Source: Selaginella moellendorffii
Lineage: Eukaryota; Plantae; Lycopodiophyta
NCBI RefSeq assembly: GCF_000143415.4
Contig: NW_003314401.1
Coordinates: 214,148 to 278,147, forward strand
Direction: 5' to 3'
Length of the DNA stretch: 64,000 nucleotides
In this document: piece after piece, positions 34,708-48,400 of the stretch
Layout of the letters: each line of letters starts with the position of its first letter
Numbering within the stretch: position 1 is the stretch's first letter
Made by a program: the position numbers and the translations under genes
The notes under the pieces: model-generated
What the model was told of the DNA's origin: nothing
Database searches by the model: none
The model's input: the letters and a program-made list of their open reading frames with translations, nothing else

Positions 34708-36336
34708 GACTAGTAAGATTCAAACTACGGTTTCAAGAGATTGATCTTACAAAGCAGTATAGAGAGAGAGAGAGAGAGAGAGGAGAAAGCGAGAAGAGAA
34801 GGAGGAACGCCCCGTGTAGTTAGCGAACGAAGAAGCAGCAAAACATCCATCCAAAATGCGCCCTTTATAAAGGGTGCATCCAGCCGTTGGAAGGGGCAGG
34901 CTCTCCACCGTCGGATGGGCTAGTCGAACGTTGACTGGCGGCGGTCGCCCCGATCACCGACGGTCAGGAAGGACGGGGTAGGGAGCTTTCTTTGCGTTTT
35001 GCGCTGGGCCTGCAATTCTTCGTCTCTCCTTCTTCTTTGTTCCGGAAGTTGGGCAGTTGACTTTGAGATTATCTGTCTGTCACAACTGGGAGCTTGGGGA
35101 TGGCTCATTGACTTTTCGCCGGTACATACGCCACACACAGCATCACCGATACGTATGCGCCCGCGTACACTGGCCAGGGATTGACATTTGCCTGGGCTCA
35201 AGGGCGTACTCTCTAATCGCCCTCTCACACCTTCACATTGTCCGGCTAACCGGGGATCCATTTCCAGAACAGGTCCATTCCAGCTACAGGAGTATACGGG
35301 GATGGGAGCTCTTGTTTGAACAAAATCAAGGAAGAAAGTGATTTGATTTGCTTGTTTCAAAAGTCAGTCGAGTAAATGACGTGCTACAAAACAGGTGGAT
35401 ATACTACATATGCCTGGGGTATTTGTAAGCAGATTGGCGGTTTTACAGGATTTGATTTAGAGGAGGGTTTATAAGTAAGTCCATTGTGGCCGTGGCAATA
35501 AACTCAAGAGCTCCATTGTTGAGGTGTGTTTCGAAGAAGCCAGGTAGATACCTTTTAGTGTGCATAAGGAGCTGAAGCTCTTAGCTCAGATAGTAGGAGG
35601 ATTGGCGCTACTAGAAAATGAGCTAGTGAAGACGTTTGGCAGCTGAGAATTAGGAATTCTTTGTAAATTTTTTATAAGGGAATGATGCTATGTACATACA
35701 GACGCAAATCAAATTCAAGCTCAAGGAACAAAGTGTAAGTGAGTGTGTATACAAACAAATCACGAGTAATGTAGCTGCGTTCTCAGATTTTTAGTATACC
35801 TAATCCACATGTAATAATAAATATACGTTAAATTTTTACAAAAATCCTACAATATAGTGTTGCTATTAGAGTGTTTATTCTCGTACGATAGCTTGTCTTC
35901 GTTTCTATTCACCATAAATTCAGTTCTAAATTTAAATTATTTCTCATACTCACACCTTGAAATCTTCATACATATCTCTACTTCCATATTTATTTTAAAT
36001 TTTTTCATGTCCATGGTCTAAAAATAAGCATATAAACATTGTTACATTTTTTTTAATTCTGGTTCTAACTTTGATCTTGGGGCAAGTTTCAAGGCGCTCT
36101 AGCCTAGGTGCTTTCCAAGGCTGGGATAAATGGATGATCGGATCGCTCAGCCACTATGCAGCAAGGGAGCACAAGGCACGCGTGCATCCTAAAGGACCCA
36201 AAGGACTAACGATTTCTCACGTCATCATTCCTCGTGGTGCGTAGTGTTGACAATTCGCTGCTACTGCTGCTGCTTGTGTCATTCATGGAGCTTTTCACTT
36301 CTTTCCAGACGTGTCCTGCGTATGAAGTGATGGAAG

Positions 36337-38496
36337 ATGGCCAAGCTCCAAGTGTGTCCCATCCCAGACGATCCCAATTCCTACGCCGAGGCCTTCAAGC
36401 TGTGCACCAGGACAAAGAACCTCGCTGCCGGCCAACGCCTGCACTCGCTATTCGCACAAAGCCAGCACTGTGGGAACATCTACGTGTGCAACATGATCGT
36501 GGAGATGTACAGCAAGTGTGGAAGCCTAGAAAACGCGAGAAAGGTCTTTGAGAGCTTGGCATGCCCCAACGTCTTCTCCTGGAACATTATTGTCTCTGCA
36601 TATGCCCAACACGGGCATATGCTGGAGGCCGAGCTTTTATTCCAGAGAATGCCTCGTCGCGATCTTGTTTCTTGGGTGGTCATGGTGGTAGCCTACTCTC
36701 GGGAAGGAAGCTGCAAGAGCGCAAAAGAAAAATTCGACAAGATGCCAGAGAGAGATTTCATTGCATGGGTGGCTCTCATCTCTGTGTATGCTGCCTGCGG
36801 CCAGCTATATGAGGCAGTCACCCTCTTCAATCTGATGCCAGAGCGAAACCTGGTTGCGTGGAACGCCATGCTGCAAGCGTACTCTCAAAACAGCGATATT
36901 GCAGGAGTCAAGCTAACCTTCGATTCTATGCCACAGAGGGATGTTGTGTCGTGGACGACTATGGCTGCAGCGTATGCCCGGGAAGGGCAAGTGGACAAGG
37001 CAACAGTAGTGTTTGACGGCATGCCAGAGCGAAATGTGGTTTCCTGGAACGCAATGCTTGCTGCATATTCATCTCAGGAAGATGATCCAGAATCGGGAGA
37101 TATGACTCAGGTGAGGGAGCTGTTTGATGCGATGCCGGAGAAAAACTTGGTGTCGTGGACCAGCTTGATTGCAGCGTATGCCAGGTACGGACATGTTGAC
37201 AAGGCCCGCAAGGCATTTGATGCTATGCCGGAGACATGCGTTGCGGCTTGGAATGCGCTGATACAGGCATACGTTCGAGTTGGAGAGGTGGAAATGGCTG
37301 TGAGAGTTTTCGAGAGCATGCCGCAGCAAGACATGGTGTCGTGGAACGCGATGATCGCAGCTCATTCCCAGCACGGCGACATGACAAGGGCGAAAGATCT
37401 CTTTGACAGAGCCCCTCGGCGGAACTTAAGGACGTGGAACACTATGATCACTGCCTACGCTCGGGAGGGCAATATTCGCGAGGCAGAGGCACTCCTCGAC
37501 AAGATGCCGGAACAGGACGTGGTGACGAGGAGCAGCATGGTCGGCATGTACGCCGACGCTGGTGACTTAAGGGTGGCACGCCGTGCGTTTGACAGCATGC
37601 CGCTGCGCAACCGGGTGGCGTGGAATGTGCTTGTCCAGGCCTACTCGCAGGCTGGCGACGTTGTTGCGGCCAAGGCGCTGTTTGACGAGATGCCGGAGAA
37701 GGACGTGGTCACCTGGAACGCGCTGCTTGCCGGGCATGCGCACAACGGGGATCTGGACACGGCACGAGAGTTGCTTCTGCAGGAGATGCCGGTGCGGGAC
37801 GTGATATCGTGGAACTTTGTGATCCAGGCGTATGCCCAGAGCGAGCAAGGCGAGGAGGCATTGCAGCTGGTGCGGGCGATGGATATGGAGGGTTTTCAAG
37901 GTGACAGAGTGACGCTGGTGAGCGCCCTCGAGGCCTGCGCCAGCGTGAGGCTGGTGTCCCAGGGGAGAATCGTCCTCTCCAGCTTTGGAGACGCCTACGG
38001 ATCGGAGCTCGTTACGGGCGACACGTTGGTGTCCAATGCCGTGATCAGCATGTATGGGAAGAGCAGCCATCTGAGGGAAGCAAGGGTGACGTTTGATAGG
38101 ATGCCGGAACGAGACGTGGTGTCTTGGAGTGCTCTCATTGCCGCAAATGCCCACAACGGACAAGGCGCTGCGGCGGTGGAGGTTTTCAGTGCAATGGGGG
38201 TGGAGGGCATCATTCCCGATCAAGTGACAATGCTGAGCGTCCTCTTCTCGTGCAGCCACGGGGGCCTGCTGGACAAGGGGATGCGCTACTTCATGGGCCT
38301 GGCGAGTGACTATGGGATAAGCCACTCGAGCGAGCACTACCACTGCATGCTGGACGTGTTGGGGCGGGCGGGACGGAGCAAGGATGCTCGGGAGCTGCTG
38401 CTTACAATGCCGTTTCTTCCCGGTGGTGTGGCATGGACCACGCTGCTTGCAAACGAGCTCAACTCCGATCAACGACGAAGCCCCAGTCTCCCTTAG
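36337..38496 (+). CDS. PLS-class PPR protein (RNA-editing-factor type) ending in a truncated E domain
   Basis: Many 31-aa MPERN/DVVSWNAM repeats, VLFSCSHGGLLDKG, HYHCMLDVLGRAG and WTTLL followed by early termination. No DYW domain. Confidence 0.92.
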   Translation: MAKLQVCPIPDDPNSYAEAFKLCTRTKNLAAGQRLHSLFAQSQHCGNIYVCNMIVEMYSKCGSLENARKVFESLACPNVFSWNIIVSAYAQHGHMLEAELLFQRMPRRDLVSWVVMVVAYSREGSCKSAKEKFDKMPERDFIAWVALISVYAACGQLYEAVTLFNLMPERNLVAWNAMLQAYSQNSDIAGVKLTFDSMPQRDVVSWTTMAAAYAREGQVDKATVVFDGMPERNVVSWNAMLAAYSSQEDDPESGDMTQVRELFDAMPEKNLVSWTSLIAAYARYGHVDKARKAFDAMPETCVAAWNALIQAYVRVGEVEMAVRVFESMPQQDMVSWNAMIAAHSQHGDMTRAKDLFDRAPRRNLRTWNTMITAYAREGNIREAEALLDKMPEQDVVTRSSMVGMYADAGDLRVARRAFDSMPLRNRVAWNVLVQAYSQAGDVVAAKALFDEMPEKDVVTWNALLAGHAHNGDLDTARELLLQEMPVRDVISWNFVIQAYAQSEQGEEALQLVRAMDMEGFQGDRVTLVSALEACASVRLVSQGRIVLSSFGDAYGSELVTGDTLVSNAVISMYGKSSHLREARVTFDRMPERDVVSWSALIAANAHNGQGAAAVEVFSAMGVEGIIPDQVTMLSVLFSCSHGGLLDKGMRYFMGLASDYGISHSSEHYHCMLDVLGRAGRSKDARELLLTMPFLPGGVAWTTLLANELNSDQRRSPSLP

Positions 38497-39767
38497 GACC
38501 GGCTAAATCTATCGAGGGTGCTTTTCGATCGCGCCGACTTGAGCTTGATCCGCGCCTGCCTTCCGCCATGAGGGTCGCAGGGGGAGCCTTGCAGATGCGT
38601 CGGATTCATCCACCATCGAGAAAAGAAACGTATTCCATTCATCCATGCATTAATCAATGTTACTGGTTCTTTCGGATTAGGATTTGCGGAATTCCCTTCT
38701 CTACTACACAGCAACAAGATTGCGACATTCTTCCTCATAGGTGACCACTTTTTACCTCGCCTAGTCTTCGGCTAAACATCCATTCTTGCTGGTGGATAGT
38801 AGTTACAGTGATCGAGTATCAACCGGGCATCACAGCAGTAGAACGTGATCATCTTTCCTGGCCACTTTTCGGATGGACGGTGTTCTCATGGTGGAGGTGA
38901 GTAAATCTATAATGATAATGGATAATGGGAATAACGTCGATTTATCGTTGTCAAGAAGCTTACGCTGGCCAAAAATGTTGGTAATGGGATCGAATCAGCC
39001 AGGAAAGGCTCGATGTTCAAGAACTCGAGATAGCATTTTCCACGCTTTGGATAATAAAATAGTGTTTAGTTTAGCACAAGTCTTCCTGGAAGAAGGCATG
39101 GATGGAGACCAGCCATCCACATTGGCGCAGCAGCTCGGCTTGGATCAAATAATGAATTCGCGCGCGGCTTTTTGACCAATCCTGTCCTGCTCGCGTACAG
39201 GCAGAGGAGAGAGCAGACAGCCAAGAGCCTCCCGTGACCCCTAACTCTGAAACAGTGACTAATAGCCGATTTCCTAGCTATAGGCCTCACTCGCCCCGTC
39301 GCGCGCCACTCTTTTCTCCTCTCCTCTTGCTTGTCTTCTCACCTATAAGCCTTGTAAGCTTTTGAAATGGTGACTGCTCAACTGGTGGGTGTTGTGTCAG
39401 GCGGTGGCAGCTAAAGTGTGAATTGAGTGTACATCCATGTTCTCGCGCGCTTGCGCCCATGTGCAATCAAGCCAGCCATTGCAAGCGGAGCGAAGCAAAG
39501 GAATGCTCGCTGCCAATCCATCCTTTTCACCATCCCTCGGCCAGCCAGAGCGCATCGCATATATACTACTTTACGGGGCCAAACAAAGATTCCAACGACT
39601 TGGTAAAGGCTGGCACCGCGCAATGGCAAAAAGAGAAAGAGAGCGCCGCTTCTCTTGTAGCAACAGAGCTCCTCCCACTCAACCACGCACTCGCATTGGA
39701 CAGTGGCGCTCATAAAGCTTCCTGGCTGCTCGCACGACGGATAGATAGTTTATAAAGCCCCCAGAAG

Positions 39768-39800
39768 CGAAGAAGAAGAAGAAGAAGAAGAAGAAGAAGA
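39768..39800 (+). repeat. (GAA)n microsatellite in the PR-1 leader
   Basis: Direct reading; follows a TATAAA at ~39751. Confidence 0.85.
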
Positions 39801-39900
39801 GGTAGGCATTTGAAGCAGGGTCGTCTCGGGCTCTAGACAGATAGATACATAGATACATAGATAGAGACAGACACTTACACTACGTACATACATTCATGCT

Positions 39901-40425
39901 ATGAGATTCATGGTTGATCGAAGATACCACTGCGTGGTGGCCGTGTGCTACGTGCTGCATTGCTCGCTCCTGGCAGGCGCGAGCTACTGGCCGCCCCGAT
40001 ACAACGCATTCGTGGCGCAGTTCCTCTACGGCCAGAACCGAGCTCGCTACAGCGTGGGTGTTCCGCCGCTGGTGTGGGACAACCGGCTGGCAGCGTACGC
40101 GCAGTGGTGGGCAAACCAGAAGCAGGCGTCGGGCAACTGCTATCTCCAGCACTCGGGGGGTCCCTACGGCGAGAACATCTTTTGGGGGCGGGGCAAGCCG
40201 TGGAGCCCGTCCGAGGCCGTCGACGCCTGGGTGGACGAGCGCCGCTGGTATGACTACTACTCCAACTCGTGCCTCTTCAACGACGACTGTGGCCACTACA
40301 CACAGATCGTGTGGAGAAGCTCAACGCGGGTGGGATGCGCAAGAGTCACCTGTGCCGACGGGGATGTGTTCATGATCTGCAACTACGATCCCCCAGGGAA
40401 CTACATTGGCCAGAGGCCTTACTAG
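39901..40425 (+). CDS. PR-1-like CAP/SCP secreted protein
   Basis: Signal peptide, LQHSGGPYGENI, CGHYTQIVW and ICNYDPPGNYIGQRPY. Confidence 0.93.
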   Translation: MRFMVDRRYHCVVAVCYVLHCSLLAGASYWPPRYNAFVAQFLYGQNRARYSVGVPPLVWDNRLAAYAQWWANQKQASGNCYLQHSGGPYGENIFWGRGKPWSPSEAVDAWVDERRWYDYYSNSCLFNDDCGHYTQIVWRSSTRVGCARVTCADGDVFMICNYDPPGNYIGQRPY

Positions 40426-40553
40426 CTACCTCTCTCCAATTCTCATCTCGCGCGATCCACAGTCGCTCACTCAACTCTACACAGGGGGTGAGGGGTATTC
40501 ACAAAAACCACCTATGTCTCTCTCTCTCTCTCTCTCTCTCTGAGTCTACTGTC

Positions 40554-43500
40554 TCACATCTTGAACTCCACCTTGCCCGTCACCACGATTGGCTGCCGAA
40601 GCACCACTCGAGTAGCTTGGCCCTCCGCAGCTAGCTTGCCCAGCGATCCTGCCTCCTTGGGTGGCGTGCCAGGAGCGGTCCATAACTGTGCGGAACGAAG
40701 GTCAGTCCAGTGAAATAAAGAGAATCAAAGAAAAGAAAAAAAAAACTCACCGTGACGTGCGGCATTGGGTTTTTGGAAGCCACGCTTTTGCTGTCTAGCT
40801 GAGCCTCGAAAGCACACATCCTTGGGCAGTACAAGAATGCTGTGAACTTAACCGGCACTTCCGTCCCAACGTATGCGCCATACTCCGCCACCGCTGCCGC
40901 ACCGTGAGAGCGAACGTGCGCAAGTGTCACATGCCCGGCACGAAGGGTGTTGCTAAGATTCTTTGGAGCCAGAAACGCCTTTGCTCCGGCGTCTGCGCTC
41001 GATACCTGTAGCACAACCTGTGAATCCAAATTCGTCTCAAAACTTTAGGACACTTACCTTGGCCAGAGCGCTCAAAATGCCATCCACGGGTAAGGAGACC
41101 GCAGCGTAATTGAATGCACGAAACTTACGCTCCTGGGTATCTGGCATGTGAACTTGAACGTTGCCAGTAACCACATCACGAAGCTTCTCTCGAACAGATT
41201 TGACAACATCTTCGAAGGGAACCTGCAAGCGCACCTCTGTCATGACTAAACTACTGTCAATCGAAAAAACGGTTTTACCTGAATGCCACTTATGTGTGCC
41301 GAATGTGCAAGCATGGTGTCCTTCAGTTTTTTCTCCCATGCGTCCCACTCTCCCTTGAAGCTTCCCTTCGATGGATCCGCCCTGCGAAGCGGGAAACTTA
41401 GAATAACAACCACAAACCATCAGATGACTTACTTCCCATGCTTTGCGGCGTGTTTCCTGAACAGCTCAAGTCCTTCGTCGAGCACAGCTTTCAGAGGTCC
41501 CGGCAGAGGAGGTCTGGAATTCATGCGTCGTAACTCGCTTCCGGGAGAAATATAAAGGACAAGATTTTACCGATTCGGCTTCAACAAGGGAAATTTGATC
41601 AGATAGCCAAACCGCTTGTGTAGCTCCGCGTCAAATTCACTTCGATCCTATACACAAAATTATCGTGCTAGTAAGGAAAGAAAACAAAATGAAGAAAAGA
41701 AAAGGATACAGACCATCCCATCGTACAGGTTGTAGAACATCATAAGCACATATCCAGGATATAGGGAGTTTTTGTCAAGGTTGCCCTGCGACAAACAGGC
41801 AGTAAAGAAAAAGCAGCGCCTCAACATACGAAAGCATACCGGATGCTTCTCTCGGTGAAGTACTCGGAAAATAAAAACAGCAAGGGCATCTAAAGAAAAT
41901 GGATTTGAATCCGTGCCTGAAATAACCAGGATGATTAGAAGTTCCTCTGCTTATACAAGCCGTCAAACCTTCAGAGTCAGGAACTATGGGAACCGCAGTG
42001 GCATCAGTTGACTTGCAAATATCGGTCACCTGAAACGGTGCTTGAGTAGTAGTACAGGCTAAAAGAAAATACTTACCAGCTTCCACACATCCGCAGTCGG
42101 AGCATTCTTATCAGCCAGAGTAATTACGTTTGGATTTTTCTTTCTTTCCTCTTCAAGCTTCGGCCAGTAACGTCCTGCAACGAGATGACGCTCAATATTG
42201 AGTCAGTCGCTCATAGCAACGCCATACCCTTTATCATGTCTCCCATTAAGCTTTTCATCGGTCTTTTATCACCGATGCCACCTGGAGTGCTGATAATCTC
42301 ATTGCAAAGTGCAGATTTTGCGCACCCAGGTATTCCTACAAAGAGAAAAGTTGACGATTAAGCGATCCACGATAAACGATAGTAAGCAAGTACCAGGAAA
42401 AAACACGAGCAGCCCCTTAGCCTTGATGCCTTCATGGGAAATCGGCACATCCGGCGAAGCTCCAACGTCTTGTTTAAGATCACCTTCCTCGTCATCACCT
42501 TCACGAGATGCAGCTAGGTGCGCCGCGGTGTCGATATCAGTACCAGCTTGACCAACCAGTAGCTGGTTCTTTGTACTGCGACTAGCAAAAGCTTTCAGAA
42601 ACGGTTCGGCTTCTGAAAGATAGGACCCTTCTTTGAGCTTGCCAATCTTAATCTTTTGTGTGATGTGTGAAGCCCTGGAAAGCAAGAGGATGAGCAGCTG
42701 CAATCAGCGATTCTAACAAAATACCATTCATCCAACATCCTGGAAAGTTCTCGCTGCTTTTCCGCAGAAGTGCCCCAGATTTGCATTTGCCTGGCAAATA
42801 AACATAAGCTGAGCCCAAAACTTCGAATCCAAAGTACCTGAAATAATAGTCTTTATAACCCTGCTTCCCCTTATTAAACAGAATATCAATACCATTACGA
42901 ATAAGGAACGTACGAATCTGAAAGAGAGAAAAGACCATCCAGTTGAGGTTACCACATAAGAAGACAAGCAAAAAAGTGTTACCTTGTATGTCAAGAACTT
43001 CAATTTCACCATCAAGTGCTCAGCATCATCCGCCATTGCATCTTGGTCCAGGTGTCCCAAAGTCACTTCTTCCGTCTCATTAGAAGAAGAAGAATTGTTT
43101 TGCGAGTCTCTGGTTAACATAACATCCACAAAGAAACCTGTAGAAACATATAAAAGTCAGATGTTATGAAGTTTCCTTGTTAAAAAAACCGGACCTCTGT
43201 ATAAAGGCCACAGGCTTGGATTGTACCTGCACAGAAATTATTAGAGAATGCGGCAGAAAGAAAATCACATACTGCATCTCCTTCTGATATCTTCTAAATA
43301 CAGAGTCTTGTAGTACATGAATAGTCATTGTGAACTCGTTCTCCGAGCCTTGGCGAGACTGACATTTAAACTTCACCCGCATATTTTTTTGGCGTAGCAA
43401 GTTCACCATTTCCTGCCCATAGAAGTTTAGAGGCAGAACAAAAGAACATAGTGGTACCTGAAGTTTAGCTGTGGGATCATCCGCAGGAGGTGTTTGTAGA

Positions 43501-45306
43501 AATTTGTTTAGCCACGCTGTCTGAGCAGCATCTTTTTCCTTGTCAAACCATGCATTCCAGTCCGAGCAAAAGTCGGTGCCAACAGCCTTCAAAAGAGCCT
43601 TGCTTTGCTGAAAAATTGGACGACATGATCATTAGTCCGCACGTCAAGAGCTACCCTGTACCTCTTTCTCAGACTGCCTGTTTGCCATGCATATTTCACG
43701 GAGACCAGGCGCAGTGTAAGCACCTGCAAGAGCTCGATCGTAAACATACCGATCAAAACTGAAGAAATACATTTACCAGGTGCATGATCTGGAACAGGAT
43801 ATTTCTCAGCGACAAGCTTTAGCTTCTTGCCACTTTCAAAAGAAACGATACGAGCAACCAGTCCCTCCAGTATTTCCCCTTGCACTACGGCATGACTTTC
43901 GGTGCCTACACCACAAGAAGGAAACATTCAAGAGAAACGCAAGTAGAGGAGCAACAAATACCTGGGACAGTCGCATCTGCAATTTTGTTGAAGTTGTCGC
44001 GGACAAGCGTATAAATGCTCTGCTCACATAAGACGTCGTAAGCCGCGAAACACGTTGAAGCGGACTTCCTGACGAGAAATTCATTCGCAATGACAGATCA
44101 AGTAGATCGTAAACATACCTTGTGGAGAATAACCACACCTCATTCGTAGGAAGACGCCACTTCCTGCAGAATTCCACAAGATCGGGGGTAGAAAAAAATC
44201 TGGGACGGCCTGTAAGCTCTGTTACTGCTGTCACCACCACTGTTCATGTAACAAGGTAGAAGTCAGTGCCGTTGTTACAAGAATAACAGACATCAGACCG
44301 TAATCTTTGAGAGGCCTTTGACCGTGATCACCAAGCACAGCCGTCACAAGTTCCATGGAGATTGAAATACGGTGTTCCTGGGAAATAAAAATCAGTTTGA
44401 CATGATACCATTGGCAAAAACCCTGAGCAAACCTTAAGGTATGCATTGAATTCTCTCTGCTTGGCTTTGGCTTGATCGCCCCATGCTTGTTCGAGTGTTT
44501 TTCCCAGAACATACACACCAACAGCCGTATATCTGGCACAAACAAAAAACAAACTACGTGAAAACCACGCCAAGAGTAAACCGCCTTACAGATTTCCATA
44601 GCTGTTTTTCGCGAAAGCCTGTCCATCACCAGCGTACATAAACAGGGATCCAGAATGTTTCAAGGTGACCTACACAACCCTGGATAAGCAAGCTTCTTTT
44701 CATTGCTCGGGAACTCACCTCCACAACACCTCTGCCGGAAGCCACCACCTCGATCATCCTACTTCGGATCTACCAAGACAATTCTATAAACCAAACGAGT
44801 AGAAAGACAAGGCAGTACCTCTTGATCGGACTTTTCATTCTCAAACTTGGGATAGAAGGTGGCCCGAACTTCCGACTTGACTTTGGTCTGGCCCTTTTTG
44901 GCGGGATAGGCCGTCTCGGTCATGGGCTCGGCCACGGCGGCCTGCGAGGAGGGACGCTGTTGCTGCGCAGATGTGGAGATTGTTGCCTTTGGCACCCAGA
45001 CAGTAGCACCGTCGCTGTCGGCGGTCTTGGCTTTTCGCCCGCGCTGTGAAGGCATCTTCCTCTTCATACAAACACAGGACTAGGTTAACCTAAATGCCAA
45101 GGCATGCACAGCTTATATACCTCGTCACTCGCAATCACTTGCCATAGCTCACGCCGCGGCACCGATGGCAGGGACAGCGCCGGGAATCTGGCGCCGAATG
45201 GCACGCAATGCCTCCAGAGATGGGGGGCGAGAGTGGGAGAGTGGCAGAGCGGGGAGGAAGAGACACGGAAGAATGAGGAGATGCCCTTGCCTCGGACGCC
45301 TTTCAT
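40554..45306 (-). CDS. RNL: Plant tRNA ligase (ligase/kinase/cyclic phosphodiesterase), many exons
   Basis: VRATFYPKFENEKSDQE, ISMELVTAVLGDHGQRP, GEILEGLVARIV, GLLVFFPG|IPGCAKSALC, HVTLAH and PHVT. Confidence 0.92.
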
Positions 45307-45498
45307 CGAAGCCCTATTCTTCTCCTAGCCAGGAAGACGAAGACGAGGAGAGAGAGCCCCTCCCTCCACACATTGCCAATCGCGAGACCTATGAGGGTTA
45401 GCCAGGGTTTAAGCGTCGGGGGAATATTCCGCTTTCTAGCGAAATGTCCCGATAGACGGGTTTAGGGCTTTTGGTTGCGAGAAGAGAAAGAGAGCGCG

Positions 45499-48400
45499 AT
45501 GTTTACCCCGCACAGGCGCGGCGCGACGCCCAACCGGGGAGCTGGCTTCTCTGTGTCCACGGAAAGGCGAGAGGTCAGGTTTGCTTCCTCCTCACCACCA
45601 GATGGGCGGCAGCAGCACCAGTCCGCGGACGGAACCCTAGCTGGGAATGACGCAGGAGATGGCGCGGGCAAGTCCAGCAGCGAGATCTGGCAGACATTCC
45701 GGGAAGCGGGTGCGCTGGACCAAGAATCGCTGGAGCTCAAGGATCGCAATGCTCTCCTCGCTCATATCTCCAAGCTCGAAACTGAGGTGGGTCTTGTTTC
45801 TTTCCGGGTAGTCTTGGTCTCACGCGACGCTCGGCCTGGATCTCCAGCTGTACGACTACCAGTACCAGATGGGGCTGCTGCTCCTGGAATCCAACAAGCT
45901 GCGCGGCGAGTCGGAGCGTCTCAAGAGCGTGATTGACGAGACGAGAGATGGGCTCAAGCGGGAACAATCCGCTCACATGATTGCGCTGCAAGAGGCGGAG
46001 AGGCGCGAGGAATCTCTGAAGCGTGCTGTCACCACCGAGAAGAAATGCGTGGCCGACGTAAGCTACAGCGCCCTTGCTCTCTCTTCACTTGTCACAACCT
46101 TTGCCGTTTGTGTCCAGCTCGAGAAGGCCCTCAAAGAAATGCACGAGGAAGTCGCTGAAGCCAAGGCAGCCGCTGCTACGCAGTTTCAACAAGGCAAGGC
46201 AACGGCAATGAGCGCTGAAGAAAAGCTGCTCGAGGCGGAGTCTAAGCTACATTCCGCGGAGGCGTTGCTTGCGAAAGCAAACAGGAAGCACGCTGACGCG
46301 GAAAGAAAGCTGCAGGAAGTCGAGTCTCGTGAAGACGCCTTGAGAAGGCAGCGCCACAGTTTTCTGGCAGAGTAAGCCCTTTCATCTTCTGGAACCCGCT
46401 TCTGACATTTGAGAGTCTTTGTTAAAGGTGCGAGGCGCATAAGCTGGAGCTTGAACATGAAAAGCAGAACCTCAAGGGCTGGGAACGCACCCTCGAAGAG
46501 AGTCAGGCTAGATTTGTGGAGAACGAGAAGCTTCTGAACAAGAGAGAGGAGTACATGCAACAGAGGGATGATGCACTTACGAAACTTGAGAGGGACCTGG
46601 ATGAAGCAAGAAAGGTTCTAGAAAAGGACCGTTCTGCACTACGGCAAGAACAGGCAGAGTATAGTGCTTTGCTGTCTGCGCTTTCACTGAGAGAGGAGGT
46701 TAGTGAATGCGATACGACACGTTTCTGTTTTTATGTTTGTCTTATACTTTTACACAGGCTGCTGTGGAAAGGGAGAATGCTGCAACAAAGAAGGAACAGG
46801 AAATCTTGCTGCTACAAGAGAAGCTTGCCAGCAGGGACAGGGTGAGTAAAAGAACTGTGTTCTGCCTGCTAAAGTATCTATTCCTGTTATCATTCTTCCA
46901 GGCATTTGAACAACACGAGCAGATGGTACGAGAGCTTGAACAAGCAAACGCGAAGGAAAAGGAACGTCTTGTTGATCTAGAAGCCAGTTTGAGTACTCGG
47001 GAGAATCTTTTGGCTGTGTCAAAGCAAAGCCTGGTAAACATTGTATTCTATGTGCCTCACGCGCTTATTTGTTTCTGCATGGTAGGAGGATATCTCGAGG
47101 ACCCTGGATGAGAACGAGCAGGCTTTAAGGACAAAGAAGGCCGACTTTGAGAAGGAGATTTCCGCGCTTCGTCTGGCGTTAGCTTCCGAGAAAGATGAAC
47201 TCGAGGGGGTCAAGATGCAGATTCAGGAGGAGAAGGAGAAGCTTAATGTGATCGAGAAGGAGAGGGAAGATCTTCTCAAGGTTCAGCTGCGGTTGAAAGA
47301 GGAGATAGACGATTTTCGGGTACGTAAACAAGACTTAACGACAGAATCCGACGAGCTTAAGAAAGACAAGGAGAAGTTCGAGGCTCAGTGGGAGTTACTC
47401 GATGAAAGGAAGGACAGGCTTACGAACGAAATCGATCACTTCGAGGCGAGTAAAAACCAGTCAATGAAGTGGCTGCATGACGAGGAGGAACGGCTAAAGC
47501 AGGAAAGGCGAGAGCTCCGCGAGCAGGTGGACAGGGAAATGGAGACCTTGGCACTTGAAAGGGAAGCTCTGGCGCGAACTGCAGAGCTGGAGAAAGCTGA
47601 GATTTTGTCTAGGCTCGAAAGGGAGAGGGAAGAGCTGATCCGTGATGTTGATCTGCGGCATGCTGAGCTTGAACGGAACATGGCCAAGAAAGTGGAGGAG
47701 ATGGAGAAGCAAGCAGAGGAGCGGGAAGCTCGCTTACTGTCACAAGTTCAGAAGGAGCGCCAAGAGGTGGCACAGATAAGTGAAAAAGCTAGAAAGGATT
47801 TGGATGGCGTGGAGTCCGAGAAGCGGAGTCTTGAGAAGGAGCGGTTGGCGATAATTGGACAGCGCGAGCTTGCTGAAGCTGAATGGGAAGAAATAAAGAA
47901 GGATATACACGAGTTACAAGTCCAGAGGGAGAAGCTGAAGGAGCAACGAGAAGCTTTGCGGGCGGAAAGGCAAGAAGTACTGCAAGAAGCAGAGAGGCAG
48001 AGGAAGCTAAAGGAGGACCTGAAGGAACTCGAGGACAGCTTAAGGATGTCAGAGCAACAACCTTCACAGAAGAACGCCAACGATGGGGAAGTTATGTCCG
48101 CCAGGAGGATTTCGTCCGAGAACGAGTTGCAGCCCCTTCCAAGCTCTACTCCAAGTCGAACCATCACTCCGAGCCGATTGTCATGGCTGCGAACTTGTGC
48201 GTCCAGAATATTTCCGAAAAGCATTTCTCAGGGTGGCGAGGAGGACAAGGTGCCAGTAGCAGACGTGGACCAAGCAGAACTGACAGTTGGGAAGAAGAGG
48301 CGACTGGAAGAGAGCGAGGGTGCTGCAGTGAACCCGGAGGCGACAGCCAGTGGAAGGAAAAAGAGGAAACAGCGGGAGGCGTCACAGTCTGCGATGAATG

